Assembly: GCA_964616245.1 (NCBI GenBank)
Contig: CAZTRQ010000001.1
Location: 1 to 54,015 of the forward strand
Direction: 5' to 3'
DNA from: an uncultured Spirochaetaceae bacterium
GTDB lineage: Bacteria; Spirochaetota; Spirochaetia; DSM-27196; PWMO01
Length of the DNA stretch: 54,015 nucleotides
Shown: positions 40,620 to 49,222 of the stretch, piece after piece
Numbering within the stretch: position 1 is the first letter of the stretch
How the letters are laid out: each line of letters starts with the position of its first letter
Position numbers and translations under genes: made by a program
The notes under the pieces: model-generated
What the model saw: only the letters and a program-made list of their open reading frames with translations
The model's database searches: none
Told to the model about the DNA's origin: nothing

Positions 40620-43154
40620 CTAGTCGAGAAGTGGGTTACCCTCTTCTGAGTTTCTGCTCTCCCCGCCGGAACCAAGGTCGGCGTCCAGATCCAGAGTAAA
40701 GTCGAGGTCGAAGGAGCCGCGGTCGAACTCCTCCCCGAATTCCGGAGAGCCGGTGCTCAGGGAGAAGTTCTGATTCGTAATGCTCCGCCGGAGCCGGTCG
40801 ACGAGAATAGGCTGTTGCTCCCGCTCGAAATCTTCGAGGCGGTCGAACTCCCGGGGTTGGGTTCCCGCCAGAAACACCTCTTCGATAATCCGACCGCTGT
40901 AGTTTTCCGTCGGCAGCAGACCCGATCGGGCGGTGACTCTCGCCCGGGTTATCCCGGAGGCCGGTTCCGGAAACTCCCGTCGATCGAGGCCGCGGTGGAT
41001 TTCCTTCATGTAGCGCGCCCATACGGGTCCCGCGGTAACCGCTCCGGTCTGGTTGGTTCCCAGCGAGTTTCCTCCACCGCGGTCAAAGCCGAACCAGACC
41101 GCCGTGGTGTAGTAGGGCGTAAAGCCCAGGGTCCAGGCGTCGGCCCAGTTTTGGGTCGTCCCCGTCTTTCCCGCGGTCGGTTGATCGAAGCCATCCACCA
41201 ACGATTCTGCCCATCTTAGAGTTCCGCTCTCGACGGTCGACTGGAGCATATCGGTCATGATGTAGGCGGTTTGGGGGCTGAGAACTTGGGCATCTTGCCC
41301 TTTTCGTTGCTGGGCAAGGCGGACTTCCTGCTCCGGCTCCATAATTATGCGTCCGTTGCGATCCTCGATATAGCGAATACCGATAGGGACAACCTCTCTC
41401 CCTTGATTGGCGATCGTCGAAAAGGCCTTCGCCATTTCGATGGGAGCAACCTCCACGATGCCGAGTCCCACGGGATACCGGCGCACCAGGTTGCGCCGCA
41501 CCATGTCCTCTTCGGGAATACCGAGAAGCCGACGAGCGGTCGTTAGGGCCTCGGTAAACCCAACCCGCTCGAGAATCCTCAAGGATGGCACGTTCATCGA
41601 GTGCGCCAAGGCGTACCGGGCGAGAACGGGCCCCTGCCATTCGCCCCGATAGTTCCGCGGGGTGTAGGGCGTGCCGTCATCGTTCCAGAAAACGACCGGA
41701 GAGTCGTAGATCATCGTCGCAGGCGTAATGACGCGACTCTCTATCGCGGCGGAGTAGTAGAGGGGCTTAAAGGAGGATCCCGGTTCGACCGCCGCATCGA
41801 CGGCGCGGTTAAACTGGTTCCGGGCTTCGAAACGGCTTCCACCGACCATCGCCAGGATACGCCCCGTGCCGTTCTCCAGCGTAATGAGTGCTCCCTCTAC
41901 GGTTGTCCTCTTCGCCTGGCGGTCGGCTGTTGCGTAGGAGGTCTTCACTGCGTCTCGGACTTCGCCCTCCGGGGGGCCAAAGAGCAGTGCGACGGCATCT
42001 AACACCGGATTGATTTCCTGCCGGTAATAGGCCTTCGCGTTCTGGAGCTGTTTTGCGTTTCCGACCCGGAACTCGCCGATATCGAAGGTCAGCGATAACA
42101 AGTCGATTATCGGGATCAGGTCGTTCCCTTCGATCGATCGTCGGGCAGAGTTGCTCCGGTAGATTCTATTCGCCGACTCGAGACCTTCTTGCATGTAACG
42201 GTCCGCCGCGGCCTGATAGTCCAGATTCAGAGTCGTATGGACGGTAAAGCCGTCGCGGTTTATATCGAGACTACCGAGGAGCAGCTCGTTCTCCAGTTGA
42301 TAGCGGACGTACTCACTAAAGTACGGTGCCCTGTCTTCTCGTTCGAAAAATGCCGTCGAGGTGCTTGTCCGGGTAAAATCGTAGTTGCTCCAGTACTCCT
42401 CGAAGGATTCGTCGACTCGCTGCCGGGTCGTGTAGCCCAACTCTACCATTTGGTCGAGAATCGTTCGCTGCATTCTCCGGGCCTCGTTGGGACGCCGAAT
42501 GGGCGAATAGAGGGAAGGGTTAGCCAACTGGATGACCAAGAGCGCAGATTCGGCGATGGTTATGTCTCGAGCCGAGTGCCCGAAGTAGTACTGGCTCGCC
42601 GCCTCGACACCGTAAGTCCCGTGGCCGAAGAACATCGTATTGAGGTATTTCTCGAGTATTTCGTACTTGGTCCAGTGCCGCTCTAGTTGGAGTGCCCACC
42701 AGAGCTCCCGGAGCTTTCGCGTTACCGAGAAGTCGCTCCGGTCGGCGTAGAGGTGCCCCGCGAGCTGTTGGGTGAGGGTGCTCCCCCCGCCGGAATAGGA
42801 CCCTCTAACCAGGTCGAAGGCAGCCTTGGACGTCCTGACGAAGTCGAATCCGTTATGCTCGAAAAACCGCCGGTCTTCTCGGGTAATCAGAGCGTAGACC
42901 AGGTGCTTCGGGAGCTCGTCGATCGTAACGAGCTCCCGGTTTTCGTCGGAGAAGAACTCGGTTATCAGGCGACCGTTTACGTCTAGAATCTGGGACGGGA
43001 GCGCGGCAACCTGAGTTCCGACGCTCTCGAGGTTTCCGACATTTCGTACGGAAGCTATGGCTAATCCGGTGGTAATCCCGACGGTCAATGCCACGGCCCC
43101 GGCAACGGCAAGGGCAACGCGGAGAACCACTCGTCGTTTTCTCTTTGGACTCAT
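40620..43154 (-). CDS. class A penicillin-binding protein (PBP1A type, glycosyltransferase plus transpeptidase)
   Basis: GT51 motifs EDRRFFEHNGFD and GGSTLTQQL. Transpeptidase motifs SSFKP, SMN and KTGTT. ATG 43154 (MSPKRKRR plus TM) is preferred over the track's TTG 43181, which lies inside a -35-like TTGACA. Confidence 0.95.
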   Translation of the reverse strand: MSPKRKRRVVLRVALAVAGAVALTVGITTGLAIASVRNVGNLESVGTQVAALPSQILDVNGRLITEFFSDENRELVTIDELPKHLVYALITREDRRFFEHNGFDFVRTSKAAFDLVRGSYSGGGSTLTQQLAGHLYADRSDFSVTRKLRELWWALQLERHWTKYEILEKYLNTMFFGHGTYGVEAASQYYFGHSARDITIAESALLVIQLANPSLYSPIRRPNEARRMQRTILDQMVELGYTTRQRVDESFEEYWSNYDFTRTSTSTAFFEREDRAPYFSEYVRYQLENELLLGSLDINRDGFTVHTTLNLDYQAAADRYMQEGLESANRIYRSNSARRSIEGNDLIPIIDLLSLTFDIGEFRVGNAKQLQNAKAYYRQEINPVLDAVALLFGPPEGEVRDAVKTSYATADRQAKRTTVEGALITLENGTGRILAMVGGSRFEARNQFNRAVDAAVEPGSSFKPLYYSAAIESRVITPATMIYDSPVVFWNDDGTPYTPRNYRGEWQGPVLARYALAHSMNVPSLRILERVGFTEALTTARRLLGIPEEDMVRRNLVRRYPVGLGIVEVAPIEMAKAFSTIANQGREVVPIGIRYIEDRNGRIIMEPEQEVRLAQQRKGQDAQVLSPQTAYIMTDMLQSTVESGTLRWAESLVDGFDQPTAGKTGTTQNWADAWTLGFTPYYTTAVWFGFDRGGGNSLGTNQTGAVTAGPVWARYMKEIHRGLDRREFPEPASGITRARVTARSGLLPTENYSGRIIEEVFLAGTQPREFDRLEDFEREQQPILVDRLRRSITNQNFSLSTGSPEFGEEFDRGSFDLDFTLDLDADLGSGGESRNSEEGNPLLD

Positions 43155-43161
43155 CAAGGGT

Positions 43162-43191
43162 AGGGTAGGGAGAGCTGTCAAGCTTTGTCAA
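43162..43191 (-). promoter_or_regulatory. possible PBP1A promoter: tandem TTGACA boxes (43191-43186, 43181-43176) and TACCCT -10 (43167-43162)
   Basis: First TTGACA, then N18, then TACCCT. The -10 ends 7 nt before ATG 43154. The -10 match is weak. Confidence 0.3.
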
Positions 43192-43196
43192 GCGAA

Positions 43197-43229
43197 GGAA
43201 AAAAAGAGGGCCGGCCCGAAGGCCGGCCC
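43197..43229 (-). terminator. intrinsic terminator: GGGCCGGCC-UUCG-GGCCGGCCC stem-loop followed by UCUUUUUUU (minus strand)
   Basis: 9-bp all-GC stem with a UUCG tetraloop at 43208-43229 and an A7 run at 43199-43205 on the plus strand. It lies downstream of the last gene of the long minus-strand operon. Confidence 0.8.
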
Positions 43230-43333
43230 AGATGATCGGTTATCGGCTAATATAGTAAACTGGGAGGGGAACTATATTAAGTAACCGACATTCTATTTAT
43301 CGTCTCACGACGACACTTGCTTAACAAAGATCT

Positions 43334-44329
43334 TTACTCTTCTCTTATCATTATATCAAGAGACAGAACAATTTCGTAGTCTTTCTTTGGCTCGACTTGA
43401 AATCTTCGGCTAATCGAGAAATCCCCGAGCTCGAAGAGGATGGTGTGATCCCCGGGGTCCAGCGAGAGGGTCTCGTTCCGATTCCATGGAACGCCGTTCA
43501 CGAAGAGCTCTGCGTTCCGAGGGGCGTCGACAGTTATCTCCGACCTCGGCCGCTCGAGCTCGATGGCTATCTCTGCGACGGTACCCCGCTCGACCCCGAA
43601 GGTAACGGTCTCGTTTTCGAAGACCTGGGACTCGAGGGAAAGGCGATGGAGCCCGGTTGCGAGAAGAATCTCTTCTCCGGTGTACTCCACTTCTTCCCCG
43701 TCGATCGTAAGAGAAAAATTGCGAAAGGCTCCTTGGGCCTCTCGGATCTCGGCGCCTTCGGGGGTCAGGACCGACAGCCGAAGAGCTCCCCGGTCCAACA
43801 GGAGTGGTCGGGCTATCACCGCGAAACGCCCTTCGGCGGCTGCGGGGGAAATTCCCTTCATAACCGGGATAATCGAAAAGACCACGGGGTAGGCTTCGGT
43901 TCCCAGGGATTGCGGCGCTACGCGAGCGTCCACGGTGGAACGAAGCTGGTGCTCCGACACCGCAGGCATGCTGTAAAAGAACCGAGCGCCGGGGGGCAGG
44001 GGCTCCAGGGCCACTCGGCTACCCTGGAAGGTCATCACCGCGAGCTCCGGCTCCGGCGAAACGTCGCGTAGAATGTAGAGCGCGAAGCTGCCGGGGAATT
44101 CCTGAGCCGAACCCGGTACCTGCACTTCTAACTGGACTCCTCGGAGGAATCGAACGTCGCCCTCGAGCTTCAGCGCTCCGAGGTCGTCCATTCCCAGCTC
44201 GAAGCGGCGCTGCGAACCCGCGGCAATCGGAAGGGTCTCGACCTGTTCAACGCTACCCCGAAGGGTCTCACTGAATCCGGCCTGGATCGAAGAAAGGAGA
44301 AATAGGGTAAGGAGAGCGAACGACTTCAT
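43334..44329 (-). CDS. hypothetical exported protein with a PEGA-like C-terminal beta domain
   Basis: Signal peptide MKSFALLTLFLLSSIQAG. C-terminal ITVDAPRNAELFVNGVPWNRNETLSLDPGDHTILF resembles PEGA. ATGA overlap with the upstream M23 gene. Confidence 0.7.
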   Translation of the reverse strand: MKSFALLTLFLLSSIQAGFSETLRGSVEQVETLPIAAGSQRRFELGMDDLGALKLEGDVRFLRGVQLEVQVPGSAQEFPGSFALYILRDVSPEPELAVMTFQGSRVALEPLPPGARFFYSMPAVSEHQLRSTVDARVAPQSLGTEAYPVVFSIIPVMKGISPAAAEGRFAVIARPLLLDRGALRLSVLTPEGAEIREAQGAFRNFSLTIDGEEVEYTGEEILLATGLHRLSLESQVFENETVTFGVERGTVAEIAIELERPRSEITVDAPRNAELFVNGVPWNRNETLSLDPGDHTILFELGDFSISRRFQVEPKKDYEIVLSLDIMIREE

Positions 44330-45249
44330 CGATTCAGGCCCGGTAGATGCAAGAGCGGATCCCGCGGTATCCCGCCCTGTCGAACTTCAAAGTGAAGATG
44401 AGAACCCGTCGAAAGACCGGTATTCCCTACGGTGCCAATAATACTACCCGAAGACAGTCTATCATTCAACCGTACGTCGACACGGTCGAGATGGCCGTAG
44501 AATGTTTGGTAACCTCCGTCGTGCCCCAGGAGGACAAAGTTACCCATTACGGGGTCTACCCCGGTTTCCTCGACGACGCCGGACCGGGCAGCGAGCACCT
44601 CAGTTCCGATAGGGGCCGCGAAATCGACGCCCGCATGTACCGTCATGAGCCCCGTAAAGGGACTCCGCCGGGGACCGAAGTAGGAGGAGATCCGCACATT
44701 CTTTACCGGGCGACGGAAGAGAATCCCGAGAAAGGAGAGTCTCTCGACCCGATCGAAGTCGGACCCCGGGTGGAACTCGTAGCTAACCGCACCGTCGGGG
44801 CGGTGCACCCGTACTTCCACCGACTCGGGGTCGCCGGCGGTCCTCAGCTCTCTCATCAGTCGCTCGAGGTCCGTCTGTGGCTCTCGGGGAACGAATATCC
44901 CGGGAATGCTCGGAATCAAGAGCTCCTCCACCCTTCCCGAGAGCTCCGCCGAGGGAAGGCGGTTCAAGCTGGCGAGGGCGCCGTAGGAAATCGAAAAACG
45001 GGACGCTACCTGGATAAGGCTCTCTTCCGGTTGGGGATGATAGGTATAGATTACCAGGGGCGGGAGAGGACCGCCGCTGCGCTCCGCCGCGTAGAAGCGT
45101 CGCAGAGATTCTTGGTGCTGTCGAAAAAGGACATCCTGCGGCGAGGTTCGCCCGATAAGAGGGTAGTCGGCGTGCAGGTAAACCGGGATAAGAAAGAACA
45201 GAGCCAGAACGATGGGCCTCAGAGCCCGCCGTTGACTAGCTTGGGTCAT
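44326..45249 (-). CDS. LysM-domain M23/LytM peptidase with canonical active site
   Basis: ATG 45249 (MTQASQRR plus signal/TM). LysM-like SLIQVASRFSISYGALASLNRL. HAGVDF (HxxxD) and GSHLHFEV (HxH). Confidence 0.85.
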   Translation of the reverse strand: MTQASQRRALRPIVLALFFLIPVYLHADYPLIGRTSPQDVLFRQHQESLRRFYAAERSGGPLPPLVIYTYHPQPEESLIQVASRFSISYGALASLNRLPSAELSGRVEELLIPSIPGIFVPREPQTDLERLMRELRTAGDPESVEVRVHRPDGAVSYEFHPGSDFDRVERLSFLGILFRRPVKNVRISSYFGPRRSPFTGLMTVHAGVDFAAPIGTEVLAARSGVVEETGVDPVMGNFVLLGHDGGYQTFYGHLDRVDVRLNDRLSSGSIIGTVGNTGLSTGSHLHFEVRQGGIPRDPLLHLPGLNR

Positions 45250-45709
45250 CGGCTTCCCGCCTCGGCAGAGGACTTCGCTTGCGTCCGACGGAGGCACCGA
45301 GCCATACAAGGTAGATCGCCCCCAAGAACACGGCGCCCACGGTATAACCCTCCCAAACCAGAATCGCAAAGGCGTACACTCCTCCCAGGCCGACGATACC
45401 GACGCCGGTCTTTCTTAGTATCGGCAAAAGTGATCGAGAGGTTTGTCCCCGAAGCTTTCCGACCAGCCAAAAAAGAATCAACCCGATAAGAGTTAGCCCC
45501 ACCAGGCCGTTATACGCCTCGGTCGCCCGAGAAGCCAAAAGCCAGAGGGGAAACACGATCGCGCCCCCGAGGGCTCCAGCGACGAGAACCCCCAGGGCGA
45601 TGCTCCCGAGGATCCGTGCAAGCCCGAGCCAGCCGGAGACGACGCGGCTCGAGAGCCCGGAGAGCCCTCTATGCGTCTTCAAGACGTTCCCGCTGACGAC
45701 GATACTCAT
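45236..45709 (-). CDS. hypothetical small integral membrane protein (~4 TM)
   Basis: 157 aa, Gly/Leu/Val-rich TM segments. ATG 45709 has GGGAGGA 9 nt upstream. It overlaps the upstream gene by 41 nt and the downstream gene by 14 nt. No family recognised. Confidence 0.6.
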   Translation of the reverse strand: MSIVVSGNVLKTHRGLSGLSSRVVSGWLGLARILGSIALGVLVAGALGGAIVFPLWLLASRATEAYNGLVGLTLIGLILFWLVGKLRGQTSRSLLPILRKTGVGIVGLGGVYAFAILVWEGYTVGAVFLGAIYLVWLGASVGRKRSPLPRREADDPS

Positions 45710-46595
45710 CCGCTTCGTCCTCCCGTCCTGCGGCCCGGGAAAGCGTTTCGAGCTCCCGGAGCGTCTCTATCGTCTCCCGCGCCATATTGAGGGCAACATA
45801 GACCTCGAGGGCCCGGCGCGTGTAGTCCAGGGCAACCGGCCATTCTTGCATCCGGGTGTGAATGACGCCGAGGGCTTCGAGGTCCTTTGCAATACCAAGG
45901 GAGTTCTCCATCTGCTTGTCGAGCTCGAGGGCGCGACGGGCGTAGACCGCCGCCTCGGGGTAGTCGCCCTCCCGTGATCGGAGTGCGGCAAGCATGTACC
46001 AGTTCGCCGCCTGCTCCGACTTTCGGCCCTCGGCTTCGTTCAAAGCGAGGGCGGCACGGAACGAGGCTTCTGCATCTTCGAGGCTGTCTTGTCGGAGGAG
46101 CGCAACCCCCAGGTTATGCCGGATGATGGCTTCGCGGCTTCGGTCCCCGGAGTCTGTGAAGCCTAGAGCCCGGCCGAAGGCCTCGGCGGCTTCGGCGGTT
46201 TCCTCCCTTCGGAGTGACAACTCGCCGATGTTGTTGTGGCTTAGAGAAAGAAGCGCCGGGTCCTCGAGCTTTTCGGCAAGAGCGAGAGCGTCGGCAAAGT
46301 TGCGTTCAGCCGATTCGAGACGACCCGCGGCAAGGTAGACGCTTCCGATGGAATTGAGACTTCGACAGACGCCTGCTTCGTTGTCAACCGCCTGGTGCTC
46401 GTTGAGAGCCAACTGAAAGAAGTAGAGCGCCCGAGGGTACTGACCTTGGGCGAAATAGGCGTTTCCGAAATCGGCGTACGTCGCGCCCTGGTTCTGTCGC
46501 TTTACGATTTCCTCCGGCGGGTCCGGAGCGCTGGAACACCCGGATACGGCGAGAAGCACCGCGGCTAGGGCCACGAGCGCATTGAGCCTTCTCAA
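45669..46595 (-). CDS. TPR-repeat lipoprotein
   Basis: MRRLNALVALAAVLLAVSGCSS has a lipobox (LAVSGC). At least six TPR units follow. The TTG start overlaps the mlaD-like stop (TTGA). Confidence 0.8.
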   Translation of the reverse strand: MRRLNALVALAAVLLAVSGCSSAPDPPEEIVKRQNQGATYADFGNAYFAQGQYPRALYFFQLALNEHQAVDNEAGVCRSLNSIGSVYLAAGRLESAERNFADALALAEKLEDPALLSLSHNNIGELSLRREETAEAAEAFGRALGFTDSGDRSREAIIRHNLGVALLRQDSLEDAEASFRAALALNEAEGRKSEQAANWYMLAALRSREGDYPEAAVYARRALELDKQMENSLGIAKDLEALGVIHTRMQEWPVALDYTRRALEVYVALNMARETIETLRELETLSRAAGREDEADEYRRQRERLEDA

Positions 46596-47593
46596 AACGC
46601 CGAATCCCTATAGCTCTGGACGGTAGTCGGTTGCTCCAAGGTCTCCGGGATTCCTCCCCGCAGAAGCGGGTTGTTTCGAAGACCGACCAGAACCTCCTGG
46701 CCCGTCGAGATAGCCTGCCGCCCCTCCTCGAGAAGACCGGCGAGCTGGGGAGTCGAATCGTTGAAGAACTCCGTAATCTGCTGAACCTCACCGACGGTCT
46801 GATTAAGCCCGACCAGAATGCCCTCGATTTGGTCGTAGAGGGCATTGTTGTCGTTCAACAGCGTTTCCAAGGAGCCTTCGGCGTCGAGAAGCATTGGAAC
46901 CATCCCCCGGGGATCCCTCAATTCGGTCGTCGTCGCTGCTAAGTTGTCGCTGATTATGGTGATGTTCGCGAGAGCCTCATCGGTCTGCTCGAGAATGCTC
47001 GCGACGGGGCCCACCCCGGTTCCGGCGAAGGCCTCGGACATCTGGTTCATCACTTCGTCGAGAGAGATAAGTACGCGGTTTACGTTTCCGAGGACCGGCT
47101 CAACTTGAGCGAGAATCGACGCTATTTGGTCGTCCTGCCGCGGTACGACGACGAGGTTCTGTTGGATGAGGGCTCGGGCTTCCTTGGTGTTCAACGAAGG
47201 AATCGTCGTGCCCTCCGGCGGGGGCTCGCTGGGCACTCTCCCTTGGTGAAAAATCAGACCACCTCCGAGACCAAGGGGATTGGACACCAGTTCAAGGATC
47301 GAGTGTTCGTAGACCTTGTCGATGTAGTTGTCTTGGATGTAGAACCGCACGTCGACGAAGTTCTTGTCGTTCAGCGTAATACTGCGAATCTTCCCGATCT
47401 CAAAGCCTCTGAATTGAATCGGCATTCCGACGCTGAGTCCGTTGGCCGAGGGAAAGGTGCTTTGGTAGAAGTAGTTCTTGGCAAACCAACGTTGATTCGC
47501 CCCAATCGAGATCAGAATGACAACGAGGAAACCAACGGCGGCAAGAATGAAAGCCCCGACCACCTGATTAGCGAAACGGATCCGAAACTTCAT
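46592..47593 (-). CDS. mlaD: MCE/MlaD-family protein with a long C-terminal helical extension
   Basis: N-terminal TM, MCE domain (ANGLSVGMPIQFRGFEIGKIRSITL..VRFYI), then ~200 aa of predicted helix. At 333 aa it is much longer than ~180-aa MlaD. Confidence 0.85.
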   Translation of the reverse strand: MKFRIRFANQVVGAFILAAVGFLVVILISIGANQRWFAKNYFYQSTFPSANGLSVGMPIQFRGFEIGKIRSITLNDKNFVDVRFYIQDNYIDKVYEHSILELVSNPLGLGGGLIFHQGRVPSEPPPEGTTIPSLNTKEARALIQQNLVVVPRQDDQIASILAQVEPVLGNVNRVLISLDEVMNQMSEAFAGTGVGPVASILEQTDEALANITIISDNLAATTTELRDPRGMVPMLLDAEGSLETLLNDNNALYDQIEGILVGLNQTVGEVQQITEFFNDSTPQLAGLLEEGRQAISTGQEVLVGLRNNPLLRGGIPETLEQPTTVQSYRDSAF

Positions 47594-47628
47594 CCCGGCG
47601 CTACTCTAGTCGAAAGCTCGCTCGTTGG

Positions 47629-48420
47629 TCAATTGTCGTCGTCGTCGAGGAGAGAAAGAATGTCGCCGTCGTAGGTCGCCGCTTGGCTCAACACGTCGGT
47701 CAGAATGCTCGAGATCTCGTGATCGGTGGACCGGACGACTTCGTCGAACCGATCGAAGACCAGGACACGACCGTCTTTTATAATCAACAGATAATCCGCC
47801 AACTGGGAGGCGAGCTGCGGACTGTGGCTTGCCGAGACGATAGTCCGCCCCTGCTTCTTGAGATCCCGTATCGAGGCGATAATCTTCCGTCCTGCCTGAT
47901 AGTCCACGCTCGAAAGGGGTTCATCGAGGAAGAGGACCTCCGGCTCGAGCACGAGGGCTCGAAGATACGACACGATCTTCCGCTCCCCGGCGGAGAGATC
48001 CGAGGGGCGAAGGTTCTGCGCCGCCGCCATACCGTAGGGTTCGAGCATGTTGAAGACGCTGCGGCGGAGCCGAACATCCGTGATGCTCGAGTCGTGGTAT
48101 CGAATAGGCAGAGCAAGATTCTGATAGACCGTCATGTTCTGCCAGAGAGCCGAATCCTGAAAGTCAAAACCTGTTCTCTTCCTCGTCTCGACTTCGTCGC
48201 GCTTCGACAGTCCGACGAGGGAGCGTCCGAACTGCTCGACGCTGCCCCAGGTCGGCGGGATCAAGCCGCAGGCCACCTTCAATAGTACGCTCTTCCCGGA
48301 CCCGGAAGGCCCCATGACGAGGGTAAAGCTCCCCCCGGGGATCGCGAGCGAGATATCGTCGAGCACCGTCTCTTCCTTGTTCTCGAGACGGACGTTTCTG
48401 AGAACGATCGGCTCAGACAT
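47629..48420 (-). CDS. mlaF: ABC ATPase of the MCE/Mla-type transporter
   Basis: Walker A GPSGSGKSV, signature LSAGERKIVSYLR, Walker B VLFLDEPLSSVD. 8-nt overlap with the upstream permease gene. Confidence 0.9.
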   Translation of the reverse strand: MSEPIVLRNVRLENKEETVLDDISLAIPGGSFTLVMGPSGSGKSVLLKVACGLIPPTWGSVEQFGRSLVGLSKRDEVETRKRTGFDFQDSALWQNMTVYQNLALPIRYHDSSITDVRLRRSVFNMLEPYGMAAAQNLRPSDLSAGERKIVSYLRALVLEPEVLFLDEPLSSVDYQAGRKIIASIRDLKKQGRTIVSASHSPQLASQLADYLLIIKDGRVLVFDRFDEVVRSTDHEISSILTDVLSQAATYDGDILSLLDDDDN

Positions 48421-49222
48421 AGTAGACCAGCGTTAGAAGAGCGTTGGCGATGATCAGAAGGGTAAAACCTTGGCCAACCGATTTGATCGCCATCTGAGGA
48501 ACCTCGGTGTAGGAGCGTTCGACCTTGAATCCGTAATAGGTAGCCACCGTCGATACGATCGCACCGAAGACCACGCTCTTTATCAGAGAGGAAACGACGT
48601 CGACGACCGTGATGGCACTCAAGAGGCTCGAAAAGTACTCGACAAAGCCGATCGAGCGAACGAGCTGGGTTACGACGTAACTCCCGAGAAGACCGAAGAT
48701 GTTGAAGTAGAGATTCAAGACGACCATCGATATCGTAACGCCCAAGAAGCGGGGTACCACGAGGTAGGAGATCGGGTCGATGCCCGTGGCGACGTAGGCT
48801 TCGATTTCGTGGCTCGTGACCATGTTGCCGAGCTCCGTAGCGATCGCGGTACCAGACCGGGCGGCGATAATAAAGGCGGTAAGGATGGGCCCGAGCTCCC
48901 GGGTAATCACGGTTATCAGAATGCTGTAGATTAGGCGTCCCTGGCCGAACTGCGGCAGAAGGCTCAGCCCCTGCACGATGATGACCGCTCCAAGGGCCAC
49001 CGACAGGACTGCCACGACGCTCAACGCCTCGACGCCGGTAAACAGTATCTGCATCGTAAGAACCCGGTTTCCCAGTGGATTCTTTCGAAGGAACCGGAGG
49101 GTCTCCACGACGACCCGGAAAAAGAAGCCCGTTGCGTAGAGTGCCGCGCGGAAACGGGCAATCCATCGGGCTCCGAGGCGTTCGACGAATCCCTGTTGTA
49201 CCCCTTCGTGGCTGTGGATCAA
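48413..49222 (-). CDS. mlaE: MlaE-family ABC permease
   Basis: ITRELGPILTAFIIAARSGTAIATELGNMVTSHEIEA is the MlaE signature region. The TTG start at 49222 overlaps the PHP-gene stop (TTGA), giving ~270 aa. The track's 342-aa ORF runs into the PHP gene. Confidence 0.85.
   Translation of the reverse strand: MIHSHEGVQQGFVERLGARWIARFRAALYATGFFFRVVVETLRFLRKNPLGNRVLTMQILFTGVEALSVVAVLSVALGAVIIVQGLSLLPQFGQGRLIYSILITVITRELGPILTAFIIAARSGTAIATELGNMVTSHEIEAYVATGIDPISYLVVPRFLGVTISMVVLNLYFNIFGLLGSYVVTQLVRSIGFVEYFSSLLSAITVVDVVSSLIKSVVFGAIVSTVATYYGFKVERSYTEVPQMAIKSVGQGFTLLIIANALLTLVYYV

Noticed and set aside
44347-45489. 380-aa plus-strand ORF across the LysM-M23 and membrane-protein genes.
   Set aside because: It is antisense to two genes with clear motifs and operon context. 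The sequence is Arg/Pro-rich and low-complexity.
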